A stretch of DNA of 63,763 nucleotides, filler included, from Folioceros fuciformis (lineage: Eukaryota): the NCBI GenBank assembly GCA_049999805.1. It is 5 parts of 5 records of this genome, joined end to end, with 100 filler letters (N's around TTAATTAATTAA, not from the genome) between each part and the next. Parts side by side here need not be neighbours in the genome. Positions count along the whole stretch, not along the records: positions 22,326 to 45,093 come from JBNGIO010006164.1; 4 more parts are not named here. One strand, given 5' to 3'. Below, piece by piece: positions 25,677 to 38,523 of this stretch (its first letter is position 1; each line of letters starts with the position of its first letter). A program made the position numbers and the translations under genes. Below the pieces are notes generated by a model, which was not told the origin of the DNA, made no database searches, and saw only the letters and a program-made list of their open reading frames with translations.

Positions 25677-28249
25677 CTATCTCAAGAAGTGCTCCAAGTC
25701 CCGTCGCATAGCCTGTAACCATGAGAAAGTGGGCATCAACAGCCCGTCGAAAGAAAACATTTGGCATAAAATCTGACAGTGTCAAGAGGGAGGGGGGTAG
25801 TTCCGCGGACTCACCTCGAACTTCTGTTTGTCGGCGTGATGCTGGGTTTCCAGCATCTCCAGTTCAGACGGAATGTGGGTGTATCCGTCAGCTTCGTCAT
25901 GTCCTTCACAGGTAGCTAGCTTCTTGATCTTCGGTTTCGGAATTCTCATTGCAAACTCCTTTGCCTGCCACATACAAGGCGAATGCCCGGAAATTGGCAT
26001 ACTAGCTACTGCCACGTTTGACCCACTTCAATGCGAAAAGTGAACAAAAAATACCTTGGCACGACTTGAAAGCAGTTTATTTGCCTTCGGCTTCTTCGGC
26101 TCAAAATCCTGCTTTGGTCAGCAAATGCAAGGCGTCAGCCGCGTAATCAAAGTTGTTTGGCATTAATCAAAAGTGAGCTTCAGAGTGCGTCAATGGCCTT
26201 TGATGAGTTTGCTGCCTGAACGGAGCGTGCAAACTGCTTGACCTTCTGATATACCTCCTTCTGCAGAAACTATATGTTCAGCACACAGCACGCCGGTAAT
26301 CTACAACTGAACATGCAGAGGCAATGCTGTCCAGCTGACCTGCAATGATAGCTCCACTGTGTTCTTCGGACCGAGACCACCAAGATGAACATGCCCCGTC
26401 ATATTCTGTTGTTTTCTCCAGTCTGAGATGGTGTATGACCGGAACTGTCTCTGCAAAGCACTCCGGAAAAAACAAAGCATTAGCAGATAGCAGAGCAAGC
26501 TGGACAGACAGGGGCCATTAGGTACAGGTTCGAGAAGCAAACCTGGCGATTTGGACCACGGAATGCAAGACCTTCATGCTTGTTGGCTTCTTCCCTCCAA
26601 CGCAGTCCTTTGAGTTCCACTACTCTAGGATTTAAGTTGTCTTTTATCGACTTCTTTATCCGTTTGTTCTCTTTCAACCTCGCCCTCTCAACAGCACTAA
26701 GTACCACTGCTTTCTTGGGTGACTCCCTAAGGTTAACCTTATTTCTCAAAAGCGACAGGTTGTTTTCGTCCCGACATGACATAACCTTTGGTTCATGCCC
26801 ATCAGCAACATTGGAAGGATAGACGACATTCTCTCTCCGATGCTGATCATGGACTATGATTGAAGAATGATTGACGTCAGAGCTTTGAGGGCAAATTACT
26901 GAGTCTCTGTAATGCACAAGATTGTCAGCACTTAAGACTGGATTGGAGTCTGAGTATCCTGAACTTGATCTTGATTGGGGCAAGTCATAACATGTATCAC
27001 GAGGATCTTGAGCTCTGTCCTGTCTATATGCGCCTGTTCTGATAATACTCTGTCCGTGATATCTTCTCCTCTCATCATCCTCTTCTCTTAGTTTCTCAGA
27101 ACTTCTGAAGTCGTGGTCTCCCTCGTAGTGGTCATAATGGTCCCCGTAACCATTATCATAGTATCCCTGATTGACGCAACAATTTTCAGTCTGCTGCCTG
27201 GTACAGTTGTCAACCTTACATGCTGGTGGTTCTTCTGCAGAATCAGGAAGTCCTAACCACAGATCTTGAGCATTGCCATCAATTCGGATTGGAGTGCATC
27301 TTTGACAAACACTTCATCCCATCGTTAGCATGAACGAACCACTAGACCTCATGCATCACAGTCTTCAACAATACTAGAGGACGTTAAAGAACATCTCCCT
27401 AATGGCATTCTGTCACTAACATTGACAGTTCATCGTTCTCACAACAATATTCAGCAGAAGAGAGGATGTGACCCAGGTTTCACACCCACACAATCCATCG
27501 GTGTAAGCCTAAAACGTGAAGGTCAAAAATCACTTTACGTGGCTAGCTGACAAGCAGACACAATTGCTCACATGCCGCCAGGAAAACAGCCACAAATTTT
27601 TCTACCAAAAAGAGCAGTCAGGCATCTCACCGTTGAACGACACAGGAAAACCAAAAAGAAGCCAAACCGAGACGCAATAGTGGCCCACAACCATTCCAGG
27701 AATGTCCTACCTCTTATGTGTCAGAAATCCGTACATGCGGTCAAGCAGCGGACCAGCTCCCTCATTTGAATCGCAATTAATGATATTCTCAATCTCCTCT
27801 TTCAACATATGAAAGTTCTTCTTCTGCAGGCGAGGGCATGGGGCAGAGCATGTGAGATGCGGCAAGCCCGGTCGACGTCCCCCTGTTCGTTAAAGCAGTG
27901 GCAGCCATAGCCAGAATTGCCCATCTTGCCTTGAAGAACTTCTCAAGCTGGGACCAGTTGTTTCTCTTCTTCGCTATTCCGGTCCCGGTGTCAAAGGAGT
28001 GCATCTGTATGCTGCTTGGGAAGTAGCGAGAAAAAATCTCTGCCACCAGGAACCCATTGGAAAAATCTCTGCGCATTCCGTGATTCCCAGCATGAATTCC
28101 ATCCAGAGTTGCGGCTTCATTCTGGGGTCACAAAAATCCCCAACTTGTTCAAACCTGCGTTACCTCCTGAGATTGCGAATCGGGAAGGACAAATTCAAGG
28201 CTACTAGCCACTGCAGCACATCCCTGCGAACACCCGGCATCCCGCCCAT
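25677..28249 (-). CDS. Ciliary protein: N-terminal SPATA4/SPEF1-type CH domain plus C-terminal JHY-like domain; ~9 exons
   Basis: Exons 1-2 give [62 protein letters not shown]. 3' exons give [30 protein letters not shown] and [23 protein letters not shown]. Splice phases are compatible; the model needs GC-AG donors. Confidence 0.75.
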
Positions 28250-29149
28250 TGCGACCTTCGCCTGAAGCAGAAGACGTTACATGTCTCTCGCCGGTTCCTC
28301 CGCCCTTGACGTGGAGCCGTTTTAGGATTAGAGCTCGTCAAACATTTTAGGGCGAGCATGGGTTCTCTCAGACTTCAGTTTTACACTCAAGGGAGATCAC
28401 TGGCCCTCGCGTCACGGGAAACCCTTGGCGGGTGGTGTCATCGAAGGACAAGGTGCATTTGCTGGACGCAGTGCACCCGTCCCATCGTGCTATGGGTCTG
28501 GGGATGTGGAATGTTGGTCCTCAAAGTATGTCCATCCGCAGATCTTTGATGTGGATGGTACCAAAATCTCGACCTACTCCCTAGACAGGACGAGGCACGT
28601 GTGATGCACTACCTGGTTTGCAGTCCCGGACCAGATTCAGGACTACAAGATGAGAGCTCTTGCAGCAGGTGGGAGCACATGGCTTTCGGCATGGTTGCTA
28701 TCATCCGGTACTTGTCTCATGCCAATTTCCTACTCCTCCAGTGAGTTGGACTAGGTAGGGGTTGAGGGTTTAAGGTCCTATGTGATCTCATCGTAGCCTG
28801 TGCAGCCGCAGAAACTGCCACACCAGCCGCAAGTTCACGTGTCGTAGTAGATCTCAGTGCAGAATGAGACCAAACTCCATTGCTAGTGTACAGGTTTTTG
28901 AAAGAAATAGGATCACCTGAAGAGTGGATTTTCCAATAGACTGCGGGCCCTCCATAAGTTCTCCAGCTCGCGCCAGTCTGGCAGTTGCAACTTCTCTGCC
29001 AGGATGTAATAGACGCACATTTCATTCTCGTGCCATTCAAAACGTCCTGGCTTTCTCCTCCAAGCACAAGCTGCTTGCATTGAGTGTCCCAAACTTGAGA
29101 GCAAACGATGTGCGTATGACACACCGAGACATCCCTTTTTACCAAGTTC

Positions 29150-29640
29150 GGACCACACTGAAGGCAAGTGAACATATCCTATGTTCCGAAGTCCGGAACA
29201 ATTAAGAGGCGTGAATATATTCCTTCTCCCGAATTTCGGAACAACGAAGAGAAGTGACCATATCCTTTGTTGCCAAGTCCGGAACAATGAAGAGAAGTGA
29301 ACATATCCTTTGTTGCCAAGTCCGCAACAATGAAGAGAAGTGAACATATCCTTTGTTGCCAAGTGCGGAACAATGAAGAGAAGTGACCATGTGCTTTGAT
29401 CACAAGTCCGGAGCACTGAACAGAAATGACCACGTGCTTCGATCCCAAATCTAGGATACTTATGGACTAGGGATCATGTTCTTCGATCCCAAATCTGGGA
29501 TACTTATGGACTAGGGATCATGTGCTTCGATCCCAAATCTGGGATACTTATGGACTAGGGACCATGTGCTTTGGTCCCAAGTCCACAACACCGAAGCCAA
29601 GTGACCATATCTTTTGCCAAGTCCGGAACGCTGAAAAGAG
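29150..29640. repeat. Compound minisatellite: 43-bp unit, then a 44-bp unit, then the 43-bp type again
   Basis: GAACATATCCTTTGTTGCCAAGT at 29299 and 29342; GATCCCAAATCT(A/G)GGATACTTATGGACTAGG at 29441, 29485 and 29529. Confidence 0.92.
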
Positions 29641-30037
29641 CTGACCATCTGAGGTTCTGTGGCATGGCAAACTTTCATAAACTCCAAGTTTCCGAAGCTC
29701 GTCGTACAAGGCATCTACGATTCTACTGCATTCCCATCACCTTAGGAAACGAGTAACGTATTGATTTTCCGTTCCAGAGCTAGCAACAAACGGGACACTT
29801 GGTGAACTTGACAAAGCGGGTTCGATGACTGCCGAGCCCTAATTTTGTCCTTCGACGCGATGTTTTATGATTCTCGATGGATTTTCGGTCTGTAACCTTG
29901 GGAACATGGGAATTGGCATGAGGGCAGCTATGGCATACAGCAGGTGTTTGGCAAAAGCGTATCATAGGATCTCGAGGCCTTGGCCTTGCCCTTGTGTTCA
30001 CTGATGGTGCTGCCTTTCTGTCATGCGCCGAGGGCGG

Positions 30038-32122
30038 ATGGGATCCAGTGCAAAGAAAGCCTCAGGCTCTGGCACAGCTGTGGCCAGAGGCAATTCCCAA
30101 GCCAGCACCAGCGACCAAGACGGGTCTGCTTCTCTACCTGCTACTCCTGCTCCTGCAACGCAGGCTGAGAGGGATGCGCTTAGGAAGAAGGTGCTGGAGT
30201 TGACTGCTACTGTGGACGAGGTAGGCCGGGCCCAGAGGCTTCTCAGGAAGTATGGGGGATGTCAAACAGACTTGGAGTTGAGATGAGGGTAAAAACATGC
30301 TTGTTGTTTTGGTCTTAGCTTTCATGCTGTTGCCCAGGTAGAGAAGCAGGTACATGAGGTGAATCGTATGCGCGCAGCTCTGTTACAGCAGAGCAAGCTT
30401 CAGAATAATAGCAAGGTTGCTGAGCTAGACAAGGAGAAGACGGTAGTGTCTAGACGATCAGATGCACTTCGTCGTGAAGTTGCCTGGACCAAACGGATGA
30501 CCGAGCTGACTCGCCAGTTTGCCTCTATACTTCGTCAGGTTTCATTCGGAGTGTTCATGGAATTGCCGCTGCATTCGTATGTTACGTGGGTCTTTTGGTG
30601 GAGTTAGTTGATGGTTGCAACCTGTGTTCGTTCAGATCATGCAGCACAGGTGGGCCTGGCCCTTTTTGGAGCCGGTGGACGTGGAAGGCCTAGGCTTGAC
30701 TGACTACTTTGAGGTAAGTCGTAATCTCTGCAATGCGAGGCTTACCTGTTGAGCGGACAGGATGGCTTACCTGGTCAACCTTTCTGCAGATAGTTGAGAA
30801 ACCCATGGATCTTGGTACCATTCGGGATCGTATGGATGCAAAGGATGGCAATGGATACAACAACTTCCAAGAGATTTGCGAGGATGTTCGACTAGTGTTC
30901 AGTAATGCTATGACATACAACCAGGAGGGAACTGACGTGCACACAATGGCCAAGACCCTATCAACGAAGTTTGAGGAGAAATGGAGAGTTTTTGAGGCAA
31001 AAGTAGCCGAAGAAGTAAGTGGTTCTTCGTGCTCCAAGTGTGATGTTTGGTTTCCTGTGTAGTTTCTTTCAGCAATTGTTTACGTTTCATTTCAGTGGAT
31101 CATTGAGCCGGCTGTTTATTCAGGAACTTAAGAAAAAACAGGAAGAATCAGAAATTCCTGAGAGGGAGACGTCCATTCCACTGGCAGAGGGAGCAACAAC
31201 AGAAATTATGGTCGACGAACTCAGCCGGCAGGTGAATGGCGGCCACCTTCCGCTTCGTTGTGCTTGTGAAGGTTACCCCACTTGCATCTTCCTCACAGGT
31301 GCGTACGGTCTTGTAGCTGGACGAGTTGGACAGGGAATTAGAAGAGCTACAGCAGCAAGCAGGTCCCAAATGCAGGTGTGTATCACCTTTGACAAACCCC
31401 TATAGCTGAATATGAATACGAGGGCGATATCAGGAGTGGAATTCGTGTGTGTGTTTGTGTGCACCTGACTTCCCTGTTGTCACTCTTCAGAGCTGGATTC
31501 TTCCTAATCCAGACAGCTCAGTGTGAAGCACGCTTTGGGCTTTTCCTCTGCTTTGATGTTTGAGAACTGGTGCACATGTGCGTGAAATCATATCAAGCAA
31601 TTACAGTATTCAAAGAAACTTGTAACATCTGGGACTGCTTAATTAACACCGGTGCCCTGTGCCGAACCTGAATCTCATTCCCAGCCGTGTCTGAACTTTG
31701 TTGTTTTTGGTGGTTGTCGAGGGCAGGGCTATGTCTGTCAAAGAGAAAAGGCAGCTGGGTTACATCCTGGGCAAGCTAAGCGCAGAACATCTCAATAGAG
31801 TCATTTATATTGTCGCTCAAAAGCATCCAGACGTGGATGCTGCCGGAGAGGAGGTGGTGGTGGACATAACCACTTTGGTACGCCTATCCGACCATTTTTC
31901 CTGCGAATTAATCTATTCCAACCTTGTAATAATCCCTGGACTTAACCGTCTTCCTTTCCATCTCAGGACCCGGCCACACTGTGGAGACTGCACCGCTTTG
32001 TCCAGACCGTGAATGCTTCAAGACCGGTGGCTGGATCTCCTAGGCCATCGGTTGCAGCTAAAAGACCAGGCCGAGGTAGTCAAGGGAAAGGTCAGAGTAG
32101 AAAACAGCGGAAGGTGAACTGA
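30038..32122 (+). CDS. GTE-family bromodomain + extra-terminal (ET) domain protein (GTE1/IMB1-like), multi-exon
   Basis: WAWPFLEPVDVEGLGLTDYFE|IVEKPMDLGTIR...DVRLVFSNAMTYN bromodomain; MSVKEKRQLG...VDITTL|DPATLWRL ET domain; GT-AG introns. Confidence 0.92.
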
Positions 32123-33114
32123 AGCTACTTAATTTCAACCATTGTCTTACTTAACCTGAGATTTAGGATCAGATTTGTCATCTAGGTTTTCGTAGGTATA
32201 AAATTAAAATTATTTTTTAATTAGAGATTTGTGAGTAGTTGTTCATCGACCGCAATTCGCAGAAGGAAGCTAATTGTAATTTATACACGAGAACTAAGAA
32301 GATAAAAAAGATATGCAATAGTGAATAAGATATGGATAAATTAAAGATTTTATTATATAATATAATATAATCTATGTTTCACATGGGGAAGAAAATAACC
32401 CTAGCTGGCTATCTGAACCTTAAAGTCTATTGGAAGATTGCCATCCCTGAAATCTTTGGGGCTATATAGATAAGGAGTTTTCAAGGTTTATTAAAGTGTA
32501 TCCATTGCTTTTGCTTTGTAAAGAGCATTGGCTAATGCGGTTTTTGGAACAATAACAAGTGTAGGTCTAGTCTTGAGAACAATACTAATTGAAGGTCAAG
32601 CCTAAGTGAAGGTCAAGCAGCTTCTTCAACACTAGAAGTAGATAGGTTTTTCTGCATTCTGGCATTTGGGGAGCAATAAATAGTTTTGAGCATTATGTTT
32701 AAAGAACCTAGTACCCTTTTGGGCAAGTTTCAACTTCCTAGGTCCTTAAGGGAGCAGAGAGGAATGCATCGGCCAAGATTCACAAATACACCCTTCTACA
32801 AGCTACGCATATTTTTATCCCCTTTGCCACTCAGTGGATCCACAGGGCAATGCATATTTTTATCCCCTTTGCCACTCAGTGGATCCACAGGGCAATGCAC
32901 AGGGCATTTTCTAAGTTATTGAAGACTTGAGCCAAGGCAGTTTTATAACAAGAAAAATGGGCTTGGTCTTCCTCTTTCCTTTGTATTGTAGCGTTCTTTC
33001 GGGCTCTTTCGGTAGAGGGAATTCTATTGCACTGCACCTAGCATTGGGTAATATTATGTGCAAAACAATGACAATGGTAGGCAACGTTAACGAATCTGTA
33101 GGCAACATTAACGA

Positions 33115-33560
33115 ATCTAGTGGTAGATAGGCCTTTCCTCCTTCAGAGGACCCTGATATCTTAGTGGTCGATAGGCCTCTCCTCTTCAGGACCATGATAT
33201 CTTAGTGGTAGATAGGCCTTTCCTCCTTCAGGACCATGATATCTTAGTGGTAGATAGGCCTCTCCTCCTCCAGGACCATGATATCTTAGTGGTAGATAAG
33301 CCTTTCCTCCTTCAGGACCATGATATCTTAATGGTATAGGGTCCTTTCCTCCTTCAAGACCATGATATCTTACTGGTAGATAGGCCTTTCCTCGTTCAGG
33401 ACCATGATATCTTAGTGGTAGATAGGCCTTTCCTCCTTCAAGACCATGATATCTTAGTGGTAGATAGGCCTTTNNNNNNNNNNCCTTTCCTCCTTCAAGA
33501 CCATGATATCTTAGTGGTAGATAGGCCTTTTCTCCTTAAGACTGTGATATCTTAGGTGCT
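33115..33560. repeat. Minisatellite, 42-bp unit, ~10 copies
   Basis: CCATGATATCTTAGTGGTAGATAGGCCTTTCCTCCTTCAGGA-type unit at 33192, 33234, 33276, 33318 and onward. Confidence 0.95.
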
Positions 33561-33911
33561 AATGGTGGCTATTAGATTATGTGGCTTTAGGGGCCTAGTC
33601 CCATTAGCCTTTGGCCCTGTTGGGGTTGTAGTACATAAATTTTTATTATTGAAAATAACGTTATTAATTACAATAACCATCAGAGGTATGTAGTTGCATC
33701 CTACTCCAGCACCCACGCATTATGCCATATGGATGTATGTATGCATATTATTATTACGTACCAAGTGAGCTGGGCTTCATGTAGGTTGATTTGCGTATGA
33801 AATGTACAGTATGCGACTCAATTGACACGTACATACCGCGTAATAGCTGAGCTTGGTATCCAAGCCTGCGTCTGCGTGCGAGGCCGAAGTTGGGTTGGAT
33901 CCAGGGCAAGG

Positions 33912-35523
33912 ATGGGCGATCAGGAGGCGCAGGGCGACGAGTACGAGCGCAAGGCAGAAAAGAAGCTCAAGGGCTGGGGGCTCTTCGGCAACAAGTACGA
34001 CGAGGCTGCTGAGCTGCTGGAGAAGGCCGCAAACTCGTACAAGCTCGGGAAAGCCTGTCTGTCTGTCTCCTCCCTTTCCCTTTCCTCCGTCTCTCTGCAT
34101 TTCGCTGAAAAACCCTAAATTTACACTCACGGTCTCGCAGGGGACAAGGCTGCCGCGGCCTACGTCAAGCTCGCCGGCTGCCATCTTAAGGTCAGCCAGT
34201 GGCCTCCCTCGGTTTGCGAAGCTGATCGAGATTTCCTGCTGCATGCTGGTTCGGCCCAAGCAGTCGTGTGCTGAATGAAGGTGTGTGTGAGTTGTTGAAA
34301 CAGGCGGAAAGCAAGCATGAAGCGGCTTCGGCGTATGTTGACGCTGCCAATTGTTATAAGAAAACGCAGCCAAAAGGTGTGTAGCTTGTGTGCTGTAAAC
34401 GCGGCTGCGATATTTTATGGAATCGGGTGTTCCGACTGTGCCTGATGATGATGTGCACGAGTTCATGGAGTGCAGAAGCCGTGAGGATGTTGAACATTGC
34501 CATCACTTATTTCCTGGAGTCTGGCAGGCTGCAGCTAGCCGCCAAATACTACAAGGTACGATATCTTTTCGTTGGAAAACGTTTTTCGAAGAAGGAGGAG
34601 ATGGTGTTTGTTGGTGAAATAGAGCCGTGGTCTTATCTCTTGCCGGCAGGATATCGGGGAGCTTTTTGAGAAAGATGATGATTTAGCAAATGCTATAGAC
34701 AACTTCGACAAAGCAGCTGAACTCTATCAAGGGGAGGAGGTGAACACTTCCAGCAATCAATGCAAGCTTAAAGTGGCACAACTTGCCGCTCAGTTAGAAG
34801 AGTGAGTTACCAGGTCTTGGAATGGATGGAAAGCTGGTAAAATAGGTCTGTGCTTTTATGCGGCGTGACCTCCTCTCTGTTGCATCTTGTCACAGTTATC
34901 CAAGGGCAGTCGAGATATTTGAACTTGTGGGAAGGCAGTCGTTGGACAGCAATTTGCTGAAGTACAGTGTCAAGGGTTATTTTCTCAATGCTGGCCTATG
35001 CCACACGGCTGGCTGCGATGCCATTGCTATACAGAACGCGGTGGAGAAGTACAAAGTAAAGTCACGCTAGTTTTTTCTTTGGTCTGCGTTTCGTCCTGTC
35101 ATCGGGAAATTATGACTCACAATGTCATCCGATCCCCGTCCATTGTGCAGGCGTGGGACCCCAGCTTTGAGCCAACCCGCGAATGCAAATTCTTAGTAGT
35201 GAGTTACCTGACAGAGCCTTGCGCAACTCCATTACTGGATTGTGAGTGGCAGTATTTCATTTTGTCTGAGCATGTTGCAGGATCTAGCCGCGAGTATTGT
35301 CGAAGAGGATGTGGGAAAATTTACAGACGTTGTGAAAGAATTTGATTCCATGACCCGTTTGGTAAGTTGCTTACGAATTCCTGGAGCTGAGTGAAATTTG
35401 AACTCTTCAGGTTGAATTATGACCTCGAATGCCTGTCCGCAGGATCAATGGAAAACCACTCTTCTTCTCCGTGGAAAAAATGCTCTGAAAGCCAAGGAAG
35501 ATGAGGAAGATGACCTTACGTGA
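33912..35523 (+). CDS. ASNAP: Alpha-soluble NSF attachment protein (alpha-SNAP), multi-exon
   Basis: [77 protein letters not shown]-terminal EEDDLT*. Confidence 0.96.
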
Positions 35524-36025
35524 GGCAGGACCGGGCGAGCTTTCCTCGGCAGCTCTCTTCGCTGACAGGTCCAGGGAGAACGTATCGTTTTGATCTGGTA
35601 TTGTACTCCGGGAAACCAGTTGGTTGGTGCCCACAGGTTGGGTAGGAGCGAGTTGTTTGAAATCCTCTTATTATGATGTTGTGGGTACTCTGTGCTATAA
35701 TTCCGGCGAAGTGCTCGACTCTGGTGTGTTAGACAGATACATACATGGACCGCCTAGTGAAAATAGGAAATTACAGTATGTAGCGAAGGAGCCTTTTACA
35801 CTTCCTTTGTAATTTTTCGAGATTGGATGAAGGTCATTTGTCTCTTTGCCTCATGACAATCTCGCGGGCGTTCCCCTCAAGTCCTGACATTTCGTTCTGC
35901 AGCGCCGGGGCGGGTACCGATGACCTGACACGCACTGCGACGAAGCATTAATTTTCACAAGCCTGAACTGTGTGTTGTCCCAACGCATTTCATAATTCTC
36001 ATCCAGCTCTGAATGTGCTCTGGCT

Positions 36026-38299
36026 ATGGAGTCCTTCCTTCTGCCGCTGTCCGGACCGCTCGAGGTTTGCGGAGGGAAAGGAGGTGGACCAGCTGCTTGC
36101 GCGCGGATTGTGCGCTTGCCTCTTCTCCCCGCTCGAAGATCTAGCTTCGGAGTGAGGAAGAATCTCCCTGCGCCGGCACTGGTTTCGTTGGGACTTCGAA
36201 ACGGGCGGAGCAATGTTACGGCTGTCGCGAGGCAAAATGCTGCAAGACGCCTGGACAAGGAATCGGAAGCCAGTGATCTGCAGCGTTTCATCAGCGAGGG
36301 CCCTCTGTTGAGCAAGCTAGGCGCCTCTGCAAACAGTGTGCGGGAGAACATTGAAAAGTGGCGTGAACTTGGGGAGACGCTTGCACGGCATTTAGGATTT
36401 CATGAACTGCTGTCGGAGACGGAGAGGGTGCGGATCTATCATTACTACATTCCCGTCTTCTTGTGGTGTAAGGAGCAGCTGTCTCTGCATCGGGCCCGGT
36501 GGCCTGCTGGAAGCTCAATCCCTCCTTTAGTGGTGAGAATTCTTTTCTTGGCGAGTGCTTTCCGAGCTATCTTTTGCGTTTGCGCTGGCCAATGGTATGG
36601 AATTTGAAATTTAGCTGCAGATCGTCATAGAGCGACTAGTAGCTGACGTGTTGTCTACAGCTTGATGTGAAAACTCCGTCGTCGTTCTGCAGATAGGAAT
36701 AAGCGCACCTCAAGGTTGTGGCAAGACGACAATTGTGGATTCGTTGGAGTATCTTTTCAACGTCTCTGGCAGGTAGGTGGACTGCTGCTTGCTTGAGATG
36801 AAGTAGGCTGGTATCTTGTTTGTGCTTGATTTGTTGTCGTTGTTTTGCTTTCGTGCAGCGGTGCTGCTGCCATATCCATTGACGACTTCTACCTGACAGC
36901 GGCCGATCAGGTTCTTCTCAGTCCGGTAGTCGTTAGTCAACTTAGAAGTCTAGCTTTCTGTGCCTCGTTGTGACTCAGGTTCTGCTGCGTCAAACCCTGT
37001 GCAGGCGAAGCTCTCAACGCAGTATAATGGCAACAAGCTTTTGGAGGTAGGGTTCTGAAAATGTTTGTGTGGTAGTCCGTTCTGGATGCTTGTTGTGTGG
37101 AAGATCCAGATCGCAGTGATGAGTTAGACATGGCATTCAATGAGTTGTGAATGGGCCAGCTTCGGGGTAATGCAGGGAGCCATGAGTTGGACCTGGGCAC
37201 CGAAACCTTGAATGCCCTGCACAATCTCACAGGCAAAGGTGACTTGTCATCATGGAATCGACCTTTGCTGTGTCAAAAGAGACCTTACATACTTACTCTG
37301 AGCATTATTTCCCTCATTTTGCAGGCACCAAAGTGAAGTGTCCTCGCTATGATAAGGTATACAATATATTGTGTTGGCTCTTCTGTCTTGATCGTCTTCC
37401 ACCTTAGATCAGACTCCTTTTCACCCTGCACAATTTGTTGTAATTTTCTTTTTCTGCCTGCAGTCTGCTTTCCAAGGGAGGGGCGACAGAGCGGACCCGT
37501 CAGCCTGGCCAGAGGTGGAGGGGCCCCTTGCGGTATTTCTCCATGCTTTGTTCTGCGATGTGAGGTCTCAAGCGATGGAAGGTTGCCATGCTACTGCGTT
37601 TTAGAAATACTGTTATTTTCTTTTACAGGTTGTCTTGTTTGAGGGATGGATGCTGGGATTTGAACCGAGAGACGAAGCCACAGTTACTGCTGTAGATCCT
37701 CAGGTCAGGCTCGGCTGTTCAGTCCGGGATCAATTTCGTGTACTTGGTCGTTGCATATCATAAGTGTTTCCCAATTACGTCTAACATGCTGCGTCTTGGA
37801 CTTCGCAGCTTGCAGTTGTAAATAGGCTCCTTGCTTCGTATCAACAGGCATGGCACCGGTTCATAGATTCCTGGATCATCGTGCAAATACAGGATCCTTC
37901 GTGGGTCTACGAGTGGCGGCTAGAGGTGAGTAGCGTGGGGAAGACCCGAGTCTTACCACCTCATCATACCTTGTTGCTTTCTTTTACTGACAGGACCTCA
38001 TTTGGATTGCTCCACAGGCTGAAATTGCTATGCGAGCCGGGGGGAAGCCTGGAATGACAGATGCGGAGGTACGTTCCAGAACCTTTGATTTCAGGGACGA
38101 TGAAAGTGAAACAACCTGCGGTGTTGCCTCATTTGCCGACTGTATCGTGCGTGACATGTAGGTGGAGGACTTCGTGTCCCGATACATGCCTGCATACAAG
38201 GCATACCTGCCTCATCTCTATAGCCAGGGACCATCTGGAGCAAAACCTGAGCACACCCTCAAGTTCGAAATCAACCAAGCCCGTAATCCTATTGGATGA
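36026..38299 (+). CDS. GLYK: D-glycerate 3-kinase, chloroplastic, multi-exon
   Basis: Transit-like N-terminus; RIYHYYIPVFLWC; P-loop IGISAPQGCGKTT; SIDDFYLT; LRGNAGSHEL; VLFEGWMLGF; FVSRYMPAYKAYLP; RNPIG*. Confidence 0.95.
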
Positions 38300-38523
38300 G
38301 CTTGAGCTTTGAAGACAGCAATCTTCAGAGGCTCAATTGTACATGAGACAACCCCCGACACTGCAGCAGTTGTTTTTAGCTTCATTGTTACCCGTTTAGA
38401 CGTTTAGGCAACATTCTCGGTAATGTTTATCATCTCATTCTTTCTATGCTCAGAGTTTATATGCTCCTGTATAAGTTAGTAGCTAGCCTAAGGGTTTAAG
38501 CGTTGCCCGCATTCCAGGCAGCC

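Noticed and set aside
28913-29448. ORFs with repeated peptides in the SPATA4-GTE intergenic region
   Set aside because: They are translations of a 43-bp unit that is not a multiple of three, so there is no coding signal.
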